Notes: generated from the sequence alone by a model not told the origin. A stretch of 57,090 nt of DNA, filler included, from Candidatus Tectimicrobiota bacterium (GCA_016192455.1; 5 parts of 5 records of this genome joined end to end with filler, not necessarily neighbours in it), one strand, 5' to 3'. Counted from the first letter of the whole stretch, positions 19,355 to 32,588 are shown. A program made the numbers and translations.

Positions 19355-19466
19355 CGGCCGGGCGGGGCCGGATCGTCCCCCGCTGAAGCGTGGAGGTCAG
19401 GCGTGAGGGGCGCGTGGTCGCGGCAAGCGGCGGGGGCAGGTTCCAGCGCGTTGAGGCACGACTGAG

Positions 19467-20873
19467 ATGTGGAGGTTTCTCGGTGGGGGCATCTACTACG
19501 GCTGGGTCGTCGTCGCGGTGGCGTTCACGACGCTGGCGGTCGGCGGCTCGGCCAACGGCTCCTTCGGCATCTTCTACGGCTACATCCTCAAGGATCTGGG
19601 CGGCAGCCGCTCGTCGACGGCGCTGGCCTTCTCGATCACCATGCTCGTCTTCGGGTTCGGCGGTCCCCTCATCGGTCGGGCGCTCGACCGCTTCGGGCCG
19701 CGGCTCGTCGTTCCAGCCGGCGTCTGCATCCTCGGCTTGGGCCTCGTGCTCTCCAGCCGCGTCACGTCCCTCTGGCAGCTCTACCTGGTTTACGGCATCG
19801 TCGCCGCTTTCGGGGTGACCGCCCTCGGCTTCCTCCCCGTCACCGCCTCGGCGGCGAGCTGGTTCGTGGAACGGCGCGGCACGGCGATCAGCATTGCGCT
19901 CGCCGGGCGCGGCGTCGGCTCGCTCCTCCTCTTCCCCTTCTACCAACACCTCATCACCACCTACGGCTGGCGTTCGGCGTACCTCCTCATGGCAGTGCTG
20001 ATCGTCATCGTCCTCTGCCCGCTGAACCTCTTCCTGCAGCGCCCCTTCCCAAGGGGGGCCAGCGTGGCGGATCGGGAACGGGCGCGCCGCCTGCCGGGAC
20101 GCGGGCTGCGCCTCGAGGTGGTGGACGAAGCCTGGACGACCACGGAGTGGACCGTCGGTAAGGCCCTGCGGACCCGGCAGCTCTGGTACCTGGTGATCAT
20201 CGGCTTCTTTGGGGGCATAAGCTTCTCGGCCATCGGCGTGCATCAGGTGCAGCATCTCGTTGATTCGGGGTTCGACCGTATGCTCGCCGTCTCGGTGCTG
20301 GCCTCGGTGGGCATCCTGCGCAGCTTTGGCGGCATCCTCGGGGGCGTGGTGAGCGACCGCATCGGGCGCGAGCTGGCCTACACCCTGGGAGCGGCGCTCA
20401 GCATGCTCGGCGTTGCCTCCCTCCTGAGCATCGCCTGGATCGGCGCGCTGTGGCCGCTCTACGTCTATGTCGGCTGTTACGGCATCGGCAACAGCATGGC
20501 GAGCTCCATCGACGCCTCCACCCAGGGGGATATCTGGCAGGGAGCCCACCTCGCCTCCATCCTGGGGATCATCGTGCTGGGGAGCGGCCTCGGAGGCGCC
20601 GTGGGACCGTGGGTGGCGGGGTATGTCTTCGATCGCTGGCAGACCTACGTCCCCGCCTTTCTCCTCATCCTCCTCCTTACCCTTTGCAGTATCCTTGGCA
20701 TGTGGCTGCTGGCGCCCCGCAACATCCGGCGCATCACGCGGCAGGCGGAACCCCTGCGCGGCGCCGCTGCCGGCGAGGATTTCGGCTCGGCGGCCGCTTC
20801 GCTGCCCCTGCTCAATGCGCCAGCCCCTGGAGAGATCAACCGTGCTGCCGCCGGCCTTGCCTCATCCGAGTAG
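19467..20873 (+). CDS. MFS transporter (OFA/monocarboxylate-like)
   Basis: YYGWVVV, GRALDRFGPR, WFVERRGTA, GVVSDRIGR; about 12 TM. Confidence 0.93.
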   Translation: MWRFLGGGIYYGWVVVAVAFTTLAVGGSANGSFGIFYGYILKDLGGSRSSTALAFSITMLVFGFGGPLIGRALDRFGPRLVVPAGVCILGLGLVLSSRVTSLWQLYLVYGIVAAFGVTALGFLPVTASAASWFVERRGTAISIALAGRGVGSLLLFPFYQHLITTYGWRSAYLLMAVLIVIVLCPLNLFLQRPFPRGASVADRERARRLPGRGLRLEVVDEAWTTTEWTVGKALRTRQLWYLVIIGFFGGISFSAIGVHQVQHLVDSGFDRMLAVSVLASVGILRSFGGILGGVVSDRIGRELAYTLGAALSMLGVASLLSIAWIGALWPLYVYVGCYGIGNSMASSIDASTQGDIWQGAHLASILGIIVLGSGLGGAVGPWVAGYVFDRWQTYVPAFLLILLLTLCSILGMWLLAPRNIRRITRQAEPLRGAAAGEDFGSAAASLPLLNAPAPGEINRAAAGLASSE

Positions 20874-21645
20874 CCTCGCCACCCTGCGCCCCCTGTTGGC
20901 CCGGCATCCCCTCGGCCGCTTCAAGCTCGCGGGGTATCTCGAGGCGGGGGAGGCGCCCCTCGAGCGCTGCTGGGTGGACGATGCGGCCACCCCCCGCGGG
21001 CTGATTCTGCAGCATCGCGGTCGCTACAACGTCGTCGCCGTTGACGAGGCGGCCATGCGGCGCCTGCTGAGCGCTCTCGACTGGTCGGGCGAGGTGCGTT
21101 TTGCAGCCTTTCCGGAGGAGTTCCTGCCGCTCCTCGAACGGCTGGCGGCCGTGCACGCGGCCACGCCGGCTTCGCTCTATGCCGTGGAAGCCGAGGCCTT
21201 CGCCACCGCCATCGCTCATCCGGTGCGCCCGCTTCATGAGGAGGATGCGCCCCTGGTGGCGGAGGCGTGGGAGTATGGGGATGACGTCGCGTACTGCCGG
21301 CAGCGGATCGCGGCCGCGCCGTCGGCCGGCGTCGAGGTGGGCGGGCGGCTCGCCTCTTTCATCATCACCCATGCGGATGGTTCCATGGGCATCCTCCATA
21401 CCGCTCCGGCGCTGCGACGCCAGGGGTTGGGGCGGAGCGTCGCCTCGGCGCTCAGTCGCGAGCTCGTGCTGCTGGGTCGGCGCGCTTACTGCTTCATCGT
21501 CGATGGGAATGCACCCTCCGTCCGCCTCTTTGAGGGGCTGGGGTTCCGCCGCCAGACGGGATGCTTCTGGCTGCTGGCAGGGAGGCCGCAGGCGGAGGGC
21601 CAGCGCGGAGCCACGGTGAGGAATGGTGGAGGCGGGGTTGCTTGA
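20842..21645 (+). CDS. GNAT family N-acetyltransferase (C-terminal FR47-like domain)
   Basis: LHTAPALRRQGLG, NAPSVRLFEGLGF. GGAG RBS before GTG 20842; start uncertain. Confidence 0.8.
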   Translation: MLPPALPHPSSLATLRPLLARHPLGRFKLAGYLEAGEAPLERCWVDDAATPRGLILQHRGRYNVVAVDEAAMRRLLSALDWSGEVRFAAFPEEFLPLLERLAAVHAATPASLYAVEAEAFATAIAHPVRPLHEEDAPLVAEAWEYGDDVAYCRQRIAAAPSAGVEVGGRLASFIITHADGSMGILHTAPALRRQGLGRSVASALSRELVLLGRRAYCFIVDGNAPSVRLFEGLGFRRQTGCFWLLAGRPQAEGQRGATVRNGGGGVA

Positions 21646-21805
21646 CGCCGCGGAGGCGTCGGCGTATAGTGAGGCAAGGACCTGGGCTGCATCCTGTCTG
21701 CTCGCCCCGTCTTCCCGCCATGCCTTGGTTGGCGCGTTCACACCACGTTGCGATGTTGTTCCAGCGCTGACTCTCCGACCTCTCGCCGAGAAAGGGACGC
21801 AGACC

Positions 21806-23581
21806 GTGAATCCGGAACCTCAGCCGCTGAGCCGTACCCATACGTGCGGCGAGCTCCGACCCACGCAAATCGGGGAGGAGGCGGTGCTCATGGGGTGGGT
21901 GCAGCGGTCTCGCAACCTCGGCGGTGTCACCTTCATTGATCTGCGCGACCGCTGGGGCATCACCCAGGTCGTCGTTGACCAGAAGCGCGCCCCCGAGGCC
22001 CATGAGCTTGCCGATCGCCTGCGCGGCGAGTACGTCATTGCCGTGCGGGGCACGGTGGAGAAGCGCCCCGCCGGGACTGAGAACCCGGCGCTCCCCACCG
22101 GCAGCATTGACGTGCTGGGGAGCGAGCTGCACATCCTGAATGAGTCCAAGACCCCGCCCTTCGCCGTCGAAGACGATGCCGTCATTACCGAGACCCTGCG
22201 CCTGAGGTACCGCTACCTCGACCTGCGGCGGCCGCACCTGCAAGCCAACCTGATGCTGCGCCACCGGGCCACTATGGCGGTACGGCGCTACCTTGACCAG
22301 CATGGCTTCATCGAGATTGAGACTCCCATGCTGACCCGCAGCACCCCCGAGGGGGCCCGCGACTTCCTGGTTCCGAGCCGCCTCAGTCCCGGCAAGTTTT
22401 ACGCCCTCCCCCAGTCGCCGCAGCTCTTCAAGCAGCTCCTCATGGTGGCCGGCTACGAGCGCTACTTCCAGATCGCCCGCTGCTTCCGTGACGAGGACCT
22501 GCGGGCCGACCGGCAGCCGGAGTTCACGCAGATCGACATCGAGACCTCCTTCCTCACTCGCGAGGCGTTCTTTGCGCTTCTGGAAGGGATGATCCAGGCG
22601 CTCTTCCGCGACGCGGCGGGGCGCGACGTGCGGCCGCCGTTCCAGCGCCTGTCGTACGCCGACGCCATGGACCGCTACGGGGTGGACAACCCTGATACGC
22701 GCTTCGGGGTCGAGCTGCGGGACCTCTCCGATGTCGCCGCGCTGACGGAGGTGAAGGTCTTTAAGGAGCAGCTCGCCGCGGGCGGCATCGTGAAAGGCAT
22801 CGCGGTGCCGGGATGCGCCGGCTACTCGCGCAAGGAGCTCGATGACCTCGGGCGGCTGGCTGCGGACTTCGGCGGCAAGGGGCTGTTCTGGATGAAACGG
22901 ACCGCGGAGGGGCTGCAGGCGCCGTTCGGCAAGCATGCCGGGGAAGGGCAGCTTGCCGCCATGGCTGAGCGCCTCGCCATGGTGGAGGGTGACCTGGCTC
23001 TCATTGCGGCGGATGCGCCGGCCATCGTCGCTCCCGTTTTGGGGAACGCGCGCAAGATCATGGCGCAGCGTCTGAACCTCGCCTCCTCTGAGGCGCTCAA
23101 CTTCCTGTGGATCACCGAGTTTCCGCTCTTGGAGTACGATGCCGAGGCGCGGCGGTACGTCGCCGTGCATCATCCCTTCACCGCCCCCGTCGAGGCTGAT
23201 GTGCCGCTCTTCCACAGCGAGCCGAACAAAATCCGCGCCCAGGCGTATGACTTGGTCCTCAACGGCCAGGAGATCGGTGGCGGCTCCCGACGCATCCACC
23301 GCCGGGAGGTCCAGAACCTCATGTTCAGCGCCTTGGGGCTGAGCCAGGAGGAGGCGCAGGAGAAGTTCGGGTTTCTCCTGGAAGCTCTCGAATTCGGCAC
23401 GCCGCCGCATGGCGGCATTGCCTTCGGCCTCGACCGCCTCATTGCGATCATGGCGCGGATGCCATCGATCCGCGAGGTTATCGCCTTCCCGAAGACGCAG
23501 CGGGGCGCCGACCTGATGATGAATGCGCCGTCGGCGGTGGAGCCGGCACAGCTCAGAGAGCTCAACCTCCAGGTTCGCTGA
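21806..23581 (+). CDS. aspS: Aspartate--tRNA ligase
   Basis: RTHTCGEL, FIDLRD, STPEGARDFLVPSR, PQSPQLFKQLLM, FRDEDLRADRQPEFTQ, GTPPHGGIAFGLDR. Confidence 0.98.
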   Translation: MNPEPQPLSRTHTCGELRPTQIGEEAVLMGWVQRSRNLGGVTFIDLRDRWGITQVVVDQKRAPEAHELADRLRGEYVIAVRGTVEKRPAGTENPALPTGSIDVLGSELHILNESKTPPFAVEDDAVITETLRLRYRYLDLRRPHLQANLMLRHRATMAVRRYLDQHGFIEIETPMLTRSTPEGARDFLVPSRLSPGKFYALPQSPQLFKQLLMVAGYERYFQIARCFRDEDLRADRQPEFTQIDIETSFLTREAFFALLEGMIQALFRDAAGRDVRPPFQRLSYADAMDRYGVDNPDTRFGVELRDLSDVAALTEVKVFKEQLAAGGIVKGIAVPGCAGYSRKELDDLGRLAADFGGKGLFWMKRTAEGLQAPFGKHAGEGQLAAMAERLAMVEGDLALIAADAPAIVAPVLGNARKIMAQRLNLASSEALNFLWITEFPLLEYDAEARRYVAVHHPFTAPVEADVPLFHSEPNKIRAQAYDLVLNGQEIGGGSRRIHRREVQNLMFSALGLSQEEAQEKFGFLLEALEFGTPPHGGIAFGLDRLIAIMARMPSIREVIAFPKTQRGADLMMNAPSAVEPAQLRELNLQVR

Positions 23582-23662
23582 GTGCGCGCCGCAGCGCCAG
23601 CGCTCCGAACCCAACGCCTGTCTTCAGGAGCGAGGGGTTCACGCACCAGGGGATGAGACGCC

Positions 23663-24589
23663 ATGCAGGACGAGGCGATCCCTGCGAAGGAGGCGGAGTT
23701 TCACTCAGGGTTCGTGGCCATCGTGGGTCGGGCGAACGTCGGCAAGTCCACCTTGCTCAATTGCATGTTGGGGCGCAAGGTGGCGATTGTCTCCCCGAGA
23801 GCGCAGACCACGCGGAATCGTATCCAGGGGGTGAAGACCACGCCGCGGGGCCAGATCATCCTCCTCGATACCCCCGGCGTCCACGATACCTCGCACGGCA
23901 GCAAGCTCCATCGCTACATGGCGCGGGTGGCGGAGCTGAGCTGCCGCGACGTGGACCTCATCCTCTTCATGGTGGATGTGCGCGGCGCCCCGCATGCCGA
24001 GGATCGGGCGCTGGTGCGGCGTCTGGCGAAGGTCCGTTCGCCGGTCATGCTGGCGCTCAACAAGATTGACCGCATCCCCAAGCCGGAGGTGCTGACCGCC
24101 ATCGACGCCTGCCGGCAGCTCTTCAACTTTTGCGACATCGTGCCGATCTCGGCACTGCAAGGGGAGAATGTGGAGCGTCTCGAGGCGCTCCTCCTGGAGC
24201 GCCTGCCAGTGGGGCCGGCCTATTTTCCTGCGGAGACGCTTACCGATCAGCCGGAGCGCTTCCTCATCGGCGAGCTGATCCGCGAGCAGCTCATGCTGAA
24301 CCTCCACGAGGAGCTGCCCCACGCCACGGCGGTGATCGTGGAGGAGATGCGTGACACGCCTCAGGGGAAGCTCCATATTGGAGCGACCGTCCTGGTTGAG
24401 AAGGAGTCCCAGAAGGGCATCGTGATCGGCAAGGGCGGGCAGATGATCAAACGGATCGGCGAGCTGGCGCGCAAGGAAATCGCGCGGTTCGCGGGAAACG
24501 ACGTCTACCTGGACCTGTGGGTGAAAGTGAAGCCGAACTGGAGCCGCAGCGAGGTGGCGCTGCGCGAGCTTGGCTACACCGAACGCTAA
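23663..24589 (+). CDS. era: GTPase Era
   Basis: GRANVGKSTL, QTTR, DTPG, NKID, and KH domain SQKGIVIGKGG. Confidence 0.98.
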   Translation: MQDEAIPAKEAEFHSGFVAIVGRANVGKSTLLNCMLGRKVAIVSPRAQTTRNRIQGVKTTPRGQIILLDTPGVHDTSHGSKLHRYMARVAELSCRDVDLILFMVDVRGAPHAEDRALVRRLAKVRSPVMLALNKIDRIPKPEVLTAIDACRQLFNFCDIVPISALQGENVERLEALLLERLPVGPAYFPAETLTDQPERFLIGELIREQLMLNLHEELPHATAVIVEEMRDTPQGKLHIGATVLVEKESQKGIVIGKGGQMIKRIGELARKEIARFAGNDVYLDLWVKVKPNWSRSEVALRELGYTER

Positions 24590-24767
24590 GGGAGCATGAG
24601 AGGCGGGCAGGTAGGGGGGCGTTCTCCTTCGGTTGTGACCAATGCGTTTGCCCGCGCCAAGGGCAGGCCGGAGAAGAAGCACCCGGCGTCGCAGGCTACG
24701 CGTGCCGGGAACGAGGCGGCATTTGCGCGGCGTGGTGGGGTGAAATTGCACATGAGGGAGAAAGGCG

Positions 24768-26290
24768 ATGCCGGAAGAGTTTGACGTGGTGGTGATCGGC
24801 GGCGGGCACAACGGCTTGGCGTGCGCGGCGTACCTGCAGAAGGGCGGCATGAAGGTGTGCGTGCTGGAGCGGCGGCACAACATCGGCGGCGGCTGCGCCA
24901 CCGAGGAGGTGACGCTGCCGGGGTTCAAGCACAACATCCACTCGCAGATGCACGTCGGCGGGCCGATGTACCGCACCCTCGAGCTGGAGAAGTACGGCGC
25001 CAGGTACGCGCGCCCCGACCCGAACTACGCCTACGTGACGCGCGACGGGCGGGCGATCATCCTGTACAAGGATGTTGACGCCACCTGCGAGTCGATCGCC
25101 GAGTTCTCGAAGAAAGACGCGAAGACGTACAAGCAGCTCAACGAGAAGTTCCAGCACCTGCGGCAGGTGATCAACTCGTACTGGCATAACGAGCCGCTGC
25201 CGCTGTCGAAGATGTACGCCCTGCTGGAGAACGCGCCGAACGGCGACCTGATGATCCAGATACTCAACTCCTCGGTGAAACAGGTCAACGACGGCTTCTT
25301 CGAGAGCGAGCCGGTGAAGTGCTGGCTGGCGGTGGCGGCCATGCAGGGGACGGTGCCGTACGACTTGCCCGGCACGGGCCTGCAGATTCCGACCATGCTG
25401 AGCGGCATGCACGGCCACAGCTACGGCATCTGCATCGGCGGCTCGCGCATGCTGGCCGAGGCGCTGGTGAACTACATCACGGCGGCGGGCGGCACGGTGC
25501 GCAAGAACTGCCACGTCTCGAAGGTTATCGTCGAGGGGGGCGTGGCCAAGGGGGTGGAGCTGCAGGACGGCTCACAGATCATGGCGCGCTGCGCCGTGGC
25601 CTCGAACACGAACGTGAAGATGCTGATGCTCGACATGGTGGGGGAACAGCACCTCGAGGAGGAGTTCGCGCGCCGGGTGCGCGCCTACGAGGCGGACGAG
25701 CTGTCGCTCTGCACGCCGCACTTCGCCCTCAACGATCCCCCCATCTACACCGCCTCGAAGCGCTACCCCGACGTGCAGAAGGCGATGGCCTGCCGCAGGA
25801 GTGCGTTGTCTTCGCCATCGCCGCCAGCGTCCATGATCCATCGCAGGCGCCGCCCGGCAAGAACACCGCTTTCGCCTGGCAGTTCGCGCCGTACCACCTG
25901 AAAGAGGGGCCGGAGCACTGGCTGAAGGTGAAGGAGGCGTACGGCGACCACATCCAGAAGGCATGGTGCGAGTACGCGCCGAACATGCAGGGGGAGAACG
26001 TGCTGGCGCGTTTCGTCTACACGCCGTACGACATCAGCCAGACGACCATCTCGATGTTCGAAGGCTCCACGGTGCACGGCCACGTCAGCCCGAACCAGAT
26101 GGGGAACATGCGGCCGGTGGCGGGCTGGTCGAGCTACCGCATGCCGATCAAGAACCTCTACCTCTGCGGCAGCTCGGCGCATCCCATGGGGGGCGTCACG
26201 GGGGCGCCGGGGTTCAACTGCGCCGGCGCCATCGCCGACGACTACAAGGTGAAGAAGTGGTGGTGGCGGACGGCGAGAAGCGGCCGCTAG
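24768..26290 (+). pseudogene. Phytoene dehydrogenase-like (PYROXD2/CrtI-type) FAD oxidoreductase, frameshifted near 25790
   Basis: VIGGGHNGL...ERR..IGG N-terminus in one frame. DPSQAPPGK...LYLCGSSAHPMGGVTGAPGFN C-terminus in another frame. Confidence 0.85.
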
Positions 26291-26447
26291 CTCGGCGAGC
26301 ACCGCCATCACCCGATCAGGATGGGCTGCGGCAGGAGGCGGGGTCGAGTGAGATTCCGCCTCCTGCTGTCTCGGGCCGACGTTCCAAGGTGCGGGAGGGC
26401 TGGGGACGGATGAGCGCGGGGTTGCCATGGGGAGAGGAGGCGGGACG

Positions 26448-26906
26448 ATGCCGGAAGAGTTTGATGTCGTGGTGATCGGCGGCGGGCACAACGGCTTGGC
26501 GTGCGCGGCGTACCTGCAGAAGGGCGGCATGAGCGTCTGCGTGCTGGAACGGCGGCACAATATCGGCGGCGGCTGCGCCACCGAGGAGGTGACGCTGCCG
26601 GGGTTCAAGCACAACATCCACTCGCAGATGCACGTGGGCGGGCCGATGTACCGCACCCTCGAGCTGGAGAAGTACGGCGCCAGGTACGCGCGCCCCGACC
26701 CGAACTACGCCTACGTGACGCGCGACGGGCGGGCGATCATCACGTACAAGGATGTCGAGGCCACCTGCGAGTCGATCGCCGAATTCTCGAAGAAGGACGC
26801 CAAGACCTACAAGCAGCTCAACGAGAAGTTCCAGCACCTGCGGCAGGTGATCAACTCGTACTGGCATAACGAGCCGCTGCCGCTGTCGAAGATGTACGCC
26901 CTGCTG
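26448..26906 (+). CDS. Second near-identical copy of the phytoene-dehydrogenase-like gene (cut by contig end)
   Basis: GAGGAGG RBS. The protein differs from copy 1 at only three visible residues (K/S, L/T, D/E) over 153 aa. Confidence 0.92.
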
Positions 26907-27006
26907 NNNNNNNNNNNNNNNNNNNNNNNNNNNNNNNNNNNNNNNNNNNNTTAATTAATTAANNNNNNNNNNNNNNNNNNNNNNNNNNNNNNNNNNNNNN
27001 NNNNNN
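26907..27006. other. Artificial contig linker
   Basis: N44-TTAATTAATTAA-N44. Confidence 0.98.
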
Positions 27007-28011
27007 CAGGCGCAGGAGGCGGCTGCCGGGGCGGTCGCCGGGCTCCCCCAGCGGCGCCGCGGCGCGCGCCTCCAGCCGCCCCGTGAAGCTCGGCCCCAGG
27101 TGCAGCCCGGCGTTGCGGTGGCAGTGCAGGCACTGCGAGGTCGGCACCCGCACGGTGATCGTGTGCCGCTCGGGATGCCCCGGCTTCTCGCGGTCGAGCG
27201 TGGGGTCGCCGCTGCGGCTGCGGCCGTCGTCGGCGTAGGGGACGTGGCAGGCGGTGCAGCCGCTGCCGCGATAGCGCCCGAAGCTCGCCTCGCCGCCGCT
27301 CCAGAGGTGGCAGGAGAGGCAGGCGCGCCGCAGCAGCGCGTCGGCGTGCGAGGCGCCCGCCCCCGGCAGCTCCTCGATCTTCTCAGGAGCCGCCGGCGGC
27401 TGCTCCCCTGACGGGCTGGGCAGGGCGCGGACGCCGCGCGTCCCGTAGCGCGGCGCCGGGCTCTCCTGCGCCCCCCAGAGGTAGCGCAGCGTGTTGATCT
27501 CCCCCGCCGCCGTCGCCATGCGCGAGCGCAAGCCGCGGTTCACGTGGTCGCGCTCGCTGCGGGACACCACGCGCGACACGTCGCGGACGTTCGGGATCAG
27601 GCCCTGCACATCGGCGCGCAGCTTGCCGGTGTCGCTGTGGCACTGGCCGCACGTCTGCTCCACCACGCGGTAGTCGCCGGGATCCGCGTGCATCCCCTGG
27701 TGCGCCGCGTCCTTCGTGTTCGCCGTGGGGTTGCCGGCGTGGCAGACCTCGCACTTCGTATCGGCGCCCCACGTAAGCGCCATCGCCTGATTGATCGACT
27801 CGATCCCTTCGTGGCAGCTCAGGCAGCGTTTCCGGCTGGCGACCTCGGGATCGACGCGGTCGAAGCGCTGCGCGGAGGCTGCGCCCTCCGGGTGGATGCC
27901 GCCGCCGGCGGGAGCCTGTTGCGCCGCCGCCAGGGCTGCGCCGGCGGCAAGGCCGGCGAGCAGGAGGAGGGTCGAGAGGACGCGGGAAACAGTGCGGCGG
28001 CAGGGATTCAT
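27007..28011 (-). CDS. Periplasmic multiheme cytochrome c (at least 6 hemes; 3' truncated)
   Basis: Signal peptide; CLSCH, CEVCH, CGQCH, CLSCH, CTACH, CLHCH. Confidence 0.93.
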
Positions 28012-28841
28012 GCTCCCTCCTCTGGCTGGGGGGCTGGGCGGCTGCGGGATGGCAGGAGCGCGCGCGGCATCTCCAACTTCGTGAGGCTCAGCATGTAGAT
28101 CGTCAGCGCGGTCGCCTGCGCGTCATTGAGGCGGAAGTCGGTCATCGGCGAGTTCGGCTGGAAGGTGCGGGGGTCCTTGAAGTGGCGCAGCAGCCAGATG
28201 GGCAGGGTGCGGGGGCCGGTGTCGTCCCCCCACATGAGGTCTTCGGGCGCCTTGCTCCCCACGCCCGCCAGGTCGGGGCCGACCTGGCGGCCGCGACCAT
28301 CGAGGCGGTGGCAGTTCCGACAGCCGTACACCTCGAAGAGCTGGCGTCCCTCCTCGAGGAGCGGCGCCTGCGTCGGCAGCGGTTCGCGATGACACTGGCC
28401 GCAGGCGGCCTGCAGGTAGACGCCGCGCAGCAGCGGCTCATCCCAGAACGGCGCCTCGCCGTGCGCCTCGGGCACCTCGGTGGCGCGGCCCTGGCCGCGA
28501 TGGCAGAGGGTGCAGCCGAACTTCTCCATGGGATGCTGGGCGTGAACCGGGCGGAAGCGGAACATCGGCGGCGCCTCCTTGGCGCGCGGGTCGGCAACGC
28601 CTGGGTGGCAGGTCGTGCACCGATCCAGGCGCCGCAGCGCCTGCACGCCCACCTGCTGGAGCCCGGAGAAGCGCTGTGCTTGGAGCGAGGCCGGCGTTGT
28701 CTCCGGCGCGGCGGCGCGCAGCCAGTCATGGTACGCCTCCTGGTAGCGCAGCCAGGGCGGATTCAGCTCCCGCACCACCCAGGCCACGGAGATGGCGAGG
28801 AGGGCGATGCTGGAGAGGATGAAGACTTTCTGGAAGCTCAT
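28008..28841 (-). CDS. Membrane-anchored tetraheme cytochrome c subunit of the Rieske/b complex
   Basis: N-terminal TM; CTTCH, CTLCH, CGQCH, CRNCH; GPDL...SPM distal Met. Confidence 0.92.
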   Translation of the reverse strand: MSFQKVFILSSIALLAISVAWVVRELNPPWLRYQEAYHDWLRAAAPETTPASLQAQRFSGLQQVGVQALRRLDRCTTCHPGVADPRAKEAPPMFRFRPVHAQHPMEKFGCTLCHRGQGRATEVPEAHGEAPFWDEPLLRGVYLQAACGQCHREPLPTQAPLLEEGRQLFEVYGCRNCHRLDGRGRQVGPDLAGVGSKAPEDLMWGDDTGPRTLPIWLLRHFKDPRTFQPNSPMTDFRLNDAQATALTIYMLSLTKLEMPRALLPSRSRPAPQPEEGA

Positions 28842-28916
28842 GCCGCCGCCCGCCGTCCCCTCTGGTTCCAGCGCCGCGCGACGCCGCCAGCCGCCCGCGT
28901 CGCCACGCCTCCTTCG

Positions 28917-30182
28917 TTACCACGGAACCGTGAAGCGCCAGTTCGGCCCGCGGAACAGCGTGCCGAGGATCGTGATGATGGTGAAGAAGAGCAGGACGGC
29001 GGTGAAGAGGACGACGGCGCGCCACCGCTGGGACGCACACCACTCCCCCACGCCCCGCGGGCTGCGATCGAAGTAGGGCAGGGCCATGAGGACCAAGCTC
29101 ACGACGGTCGGCACGATGACGCCGCCGATGATGGGAGGTCCCCAGGAGAGCATCTCTTGCAAGCCGAGGAAGTACCACGGCGCCTTCGCCGGATTCGGGG
29201 TCTTCTCCGGGTCGGCGAGCTGCTCGAGCGGCGCGTCGAAGACGAACGAGATGATGAGGAGCAGCGCCAGCGCCGCAATCGCCACGGTAAACTCTTTGAA
29301 GACGAGGTGCGGGAAGGTCATGACGAGGTTCTCTGGCTCGCGCTCCGTGATCACCGGCACACCGCGCGGCAGGGCCACCAAGTCGTAGGTCTTCAGCGGC
29401 GCCTCGGGGCGGGGACGGTCCTCCTCGTTGTCGTCGAGGTCGAGAACGATCGTCGTCAACTCGCTCTCCGGCATGGAGATGCCGCCGTCCTTGCGCACCC
29501 GCCAGACGTGGATGCCCATGAGCAGCCCCATGATGAGCGGCAGGAAGAAGACGTGCAGCGCGTAGAAGCGCAGCAGCGCGTTCTGCCCGATGTGCTCCGC
29601 GCCGAGGAGGAGCTCGCGGCCCCATTTGCCGATGAGCGGCGCCGTCTGCAGGATTTCGGTGCCGACGTTGATCGCCCAGTAGGCGAGCTGATCCCACGGC
29701 AGCAGGTAGCCGGTGAAGGCGAGGCCGAGCGTCAGCACGAAGAGGGAGAAGCCGACGACCCAGTTGAACTCCCGCGGGCGCTTGTAGGCGCCGGTGTAGA
29801 AGACGCGGCAGAGGTGGAGAAGGACGATGATCACCATGCCGTGGGCGGCCCAGCGGTGCAGGTTGCGCAACAGCCGCCCGTAGGGGACGGTGAAGCGCAG
29901 GTCTTTCATGAGGTCGTAGGCGACCTCCGTCGAGGGGACGTAGTAGAGCATGAGGAGGCCGCCGGTGATGGTGAGCACCGCGAAGAGCAGCACCGCCAGG
30001 CCGCCCAGCCCGAACGTGTAGGTGAAGCGCAGGGCGTGCCGCGGAATCTTTACCGGGTGGAGGTGGAGGAAGAAGTTATTGGTGATGACGAGCGCCTGGT
30101 TGAGGCGCGTGTTCGGCCACCCATGACGCACGATGGAGGCGATGAGGCGGTTCTGGCGCAGGCTGTCGAGGAAGGGCTTCAT
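28917..30182 (-). CDS. Cytochrome b of a Rieske/b complex (b6-like domain fused to subunit IV)
   Basis: LHRWAAH...[24 protein letters not shown]...GIH; subunit IV part [10 protein letters not shown]. Confidence 0.95.
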   Translation of the reverse strand: MKPFLDSLRQNRLIASIVRHGWPNTRLNQALVITNNFFLHLHPVKIPRHALRFTYTFGLGGLAVLLFAVLTITGGLLMLYYVPSTEVAYDLMKDLRFTVPYGRLLRNLHRWAAHGMVIIVLLHLCRVFYTGAYKRPREFNWVVGFSLFVLTLGLAFTGYLLPWDQLAYWAINVGTEILQTAPLIGKWGRELLLGAEHIGQNALLRFYALHVFFLPLIMGLLMGIHVWRVRKDGGISMPESELTTIVLDLDDNEEDRPRPEAPLKTYDLVALPRGVPVITEREPENLVMTFPHLVFKEFTVAIAALALLLIISFVFDAPLEQLADPEKTPNPAKAPWYFLGLQEMLSWGPPIIGGVIVPTVVSLVLMALPYFDRSPRGVGEWCASQRWRAVVLFTAVLLFFTIITILGTLFRGPNWRFTVPW

Positions 30183-30235
30183 GACGCCTCAGGCTCGGCC
30201 CGGCTGAGACTCACGACGAGCCCAGGGCGGGGCAA

Positions 30236-30746
30236 TCACGAGGTCCGGGGACCATGCACATCCAGGCGCTCCTGGCGCGAGACTGGCCGGCTTACATCGG
30301 CGACGAGCTGCCCGTTCGTGGCGAGCTCCAGGCGGAAGTAAGGGAGGTCCCGGCGCGCCGGCCCGCGCAGCACCTTGCCGGCGGCGTCGAAGCGGCTGCC
30401 GTGGCACGGGCACTCCAGCAGCCCGTGCGAGGCGTTCCAGCGGACCACGCAGGCCAGGTGCGTACACACCGCCGACATGGCGGCCAAGCCCTGCGCATCA
30501 TGTTTCACGAAGACCTTCGGCGCCGCGACGTAGTGCAGGGAGTGGTTGGCGTAGCGGTCCGCTCCGCCGAGCGGCACGCGCGTCCGCTCCTTGTCGAGCG
30601 GCGGCGGGCTGGAGAAGCGCAGCAGCGAGTAGGCCGCCAACCCTGCCGCCCCCACCAGGCTGCTCCAGCCGAGCACACGGAAGAGCTCGCGGCGGGGAAT
30701 GGTCAGCTCCTCGGGCGCAGTCAGCCGCTCTTCATCATCACGCTGG

Positions 30747-30766
<20 letters not shown>
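30236..30766 (-). CDS. Rieske [2Fe-2S] protein
   Basis: Tat-like PRRELF plus a TM helix; CTHLAC and CPCHGSRF. Confidence 0.95.
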
Positions 30767-32587
<1,821 letters not shown>

Positions 32588-32588
<1 letters not shown>

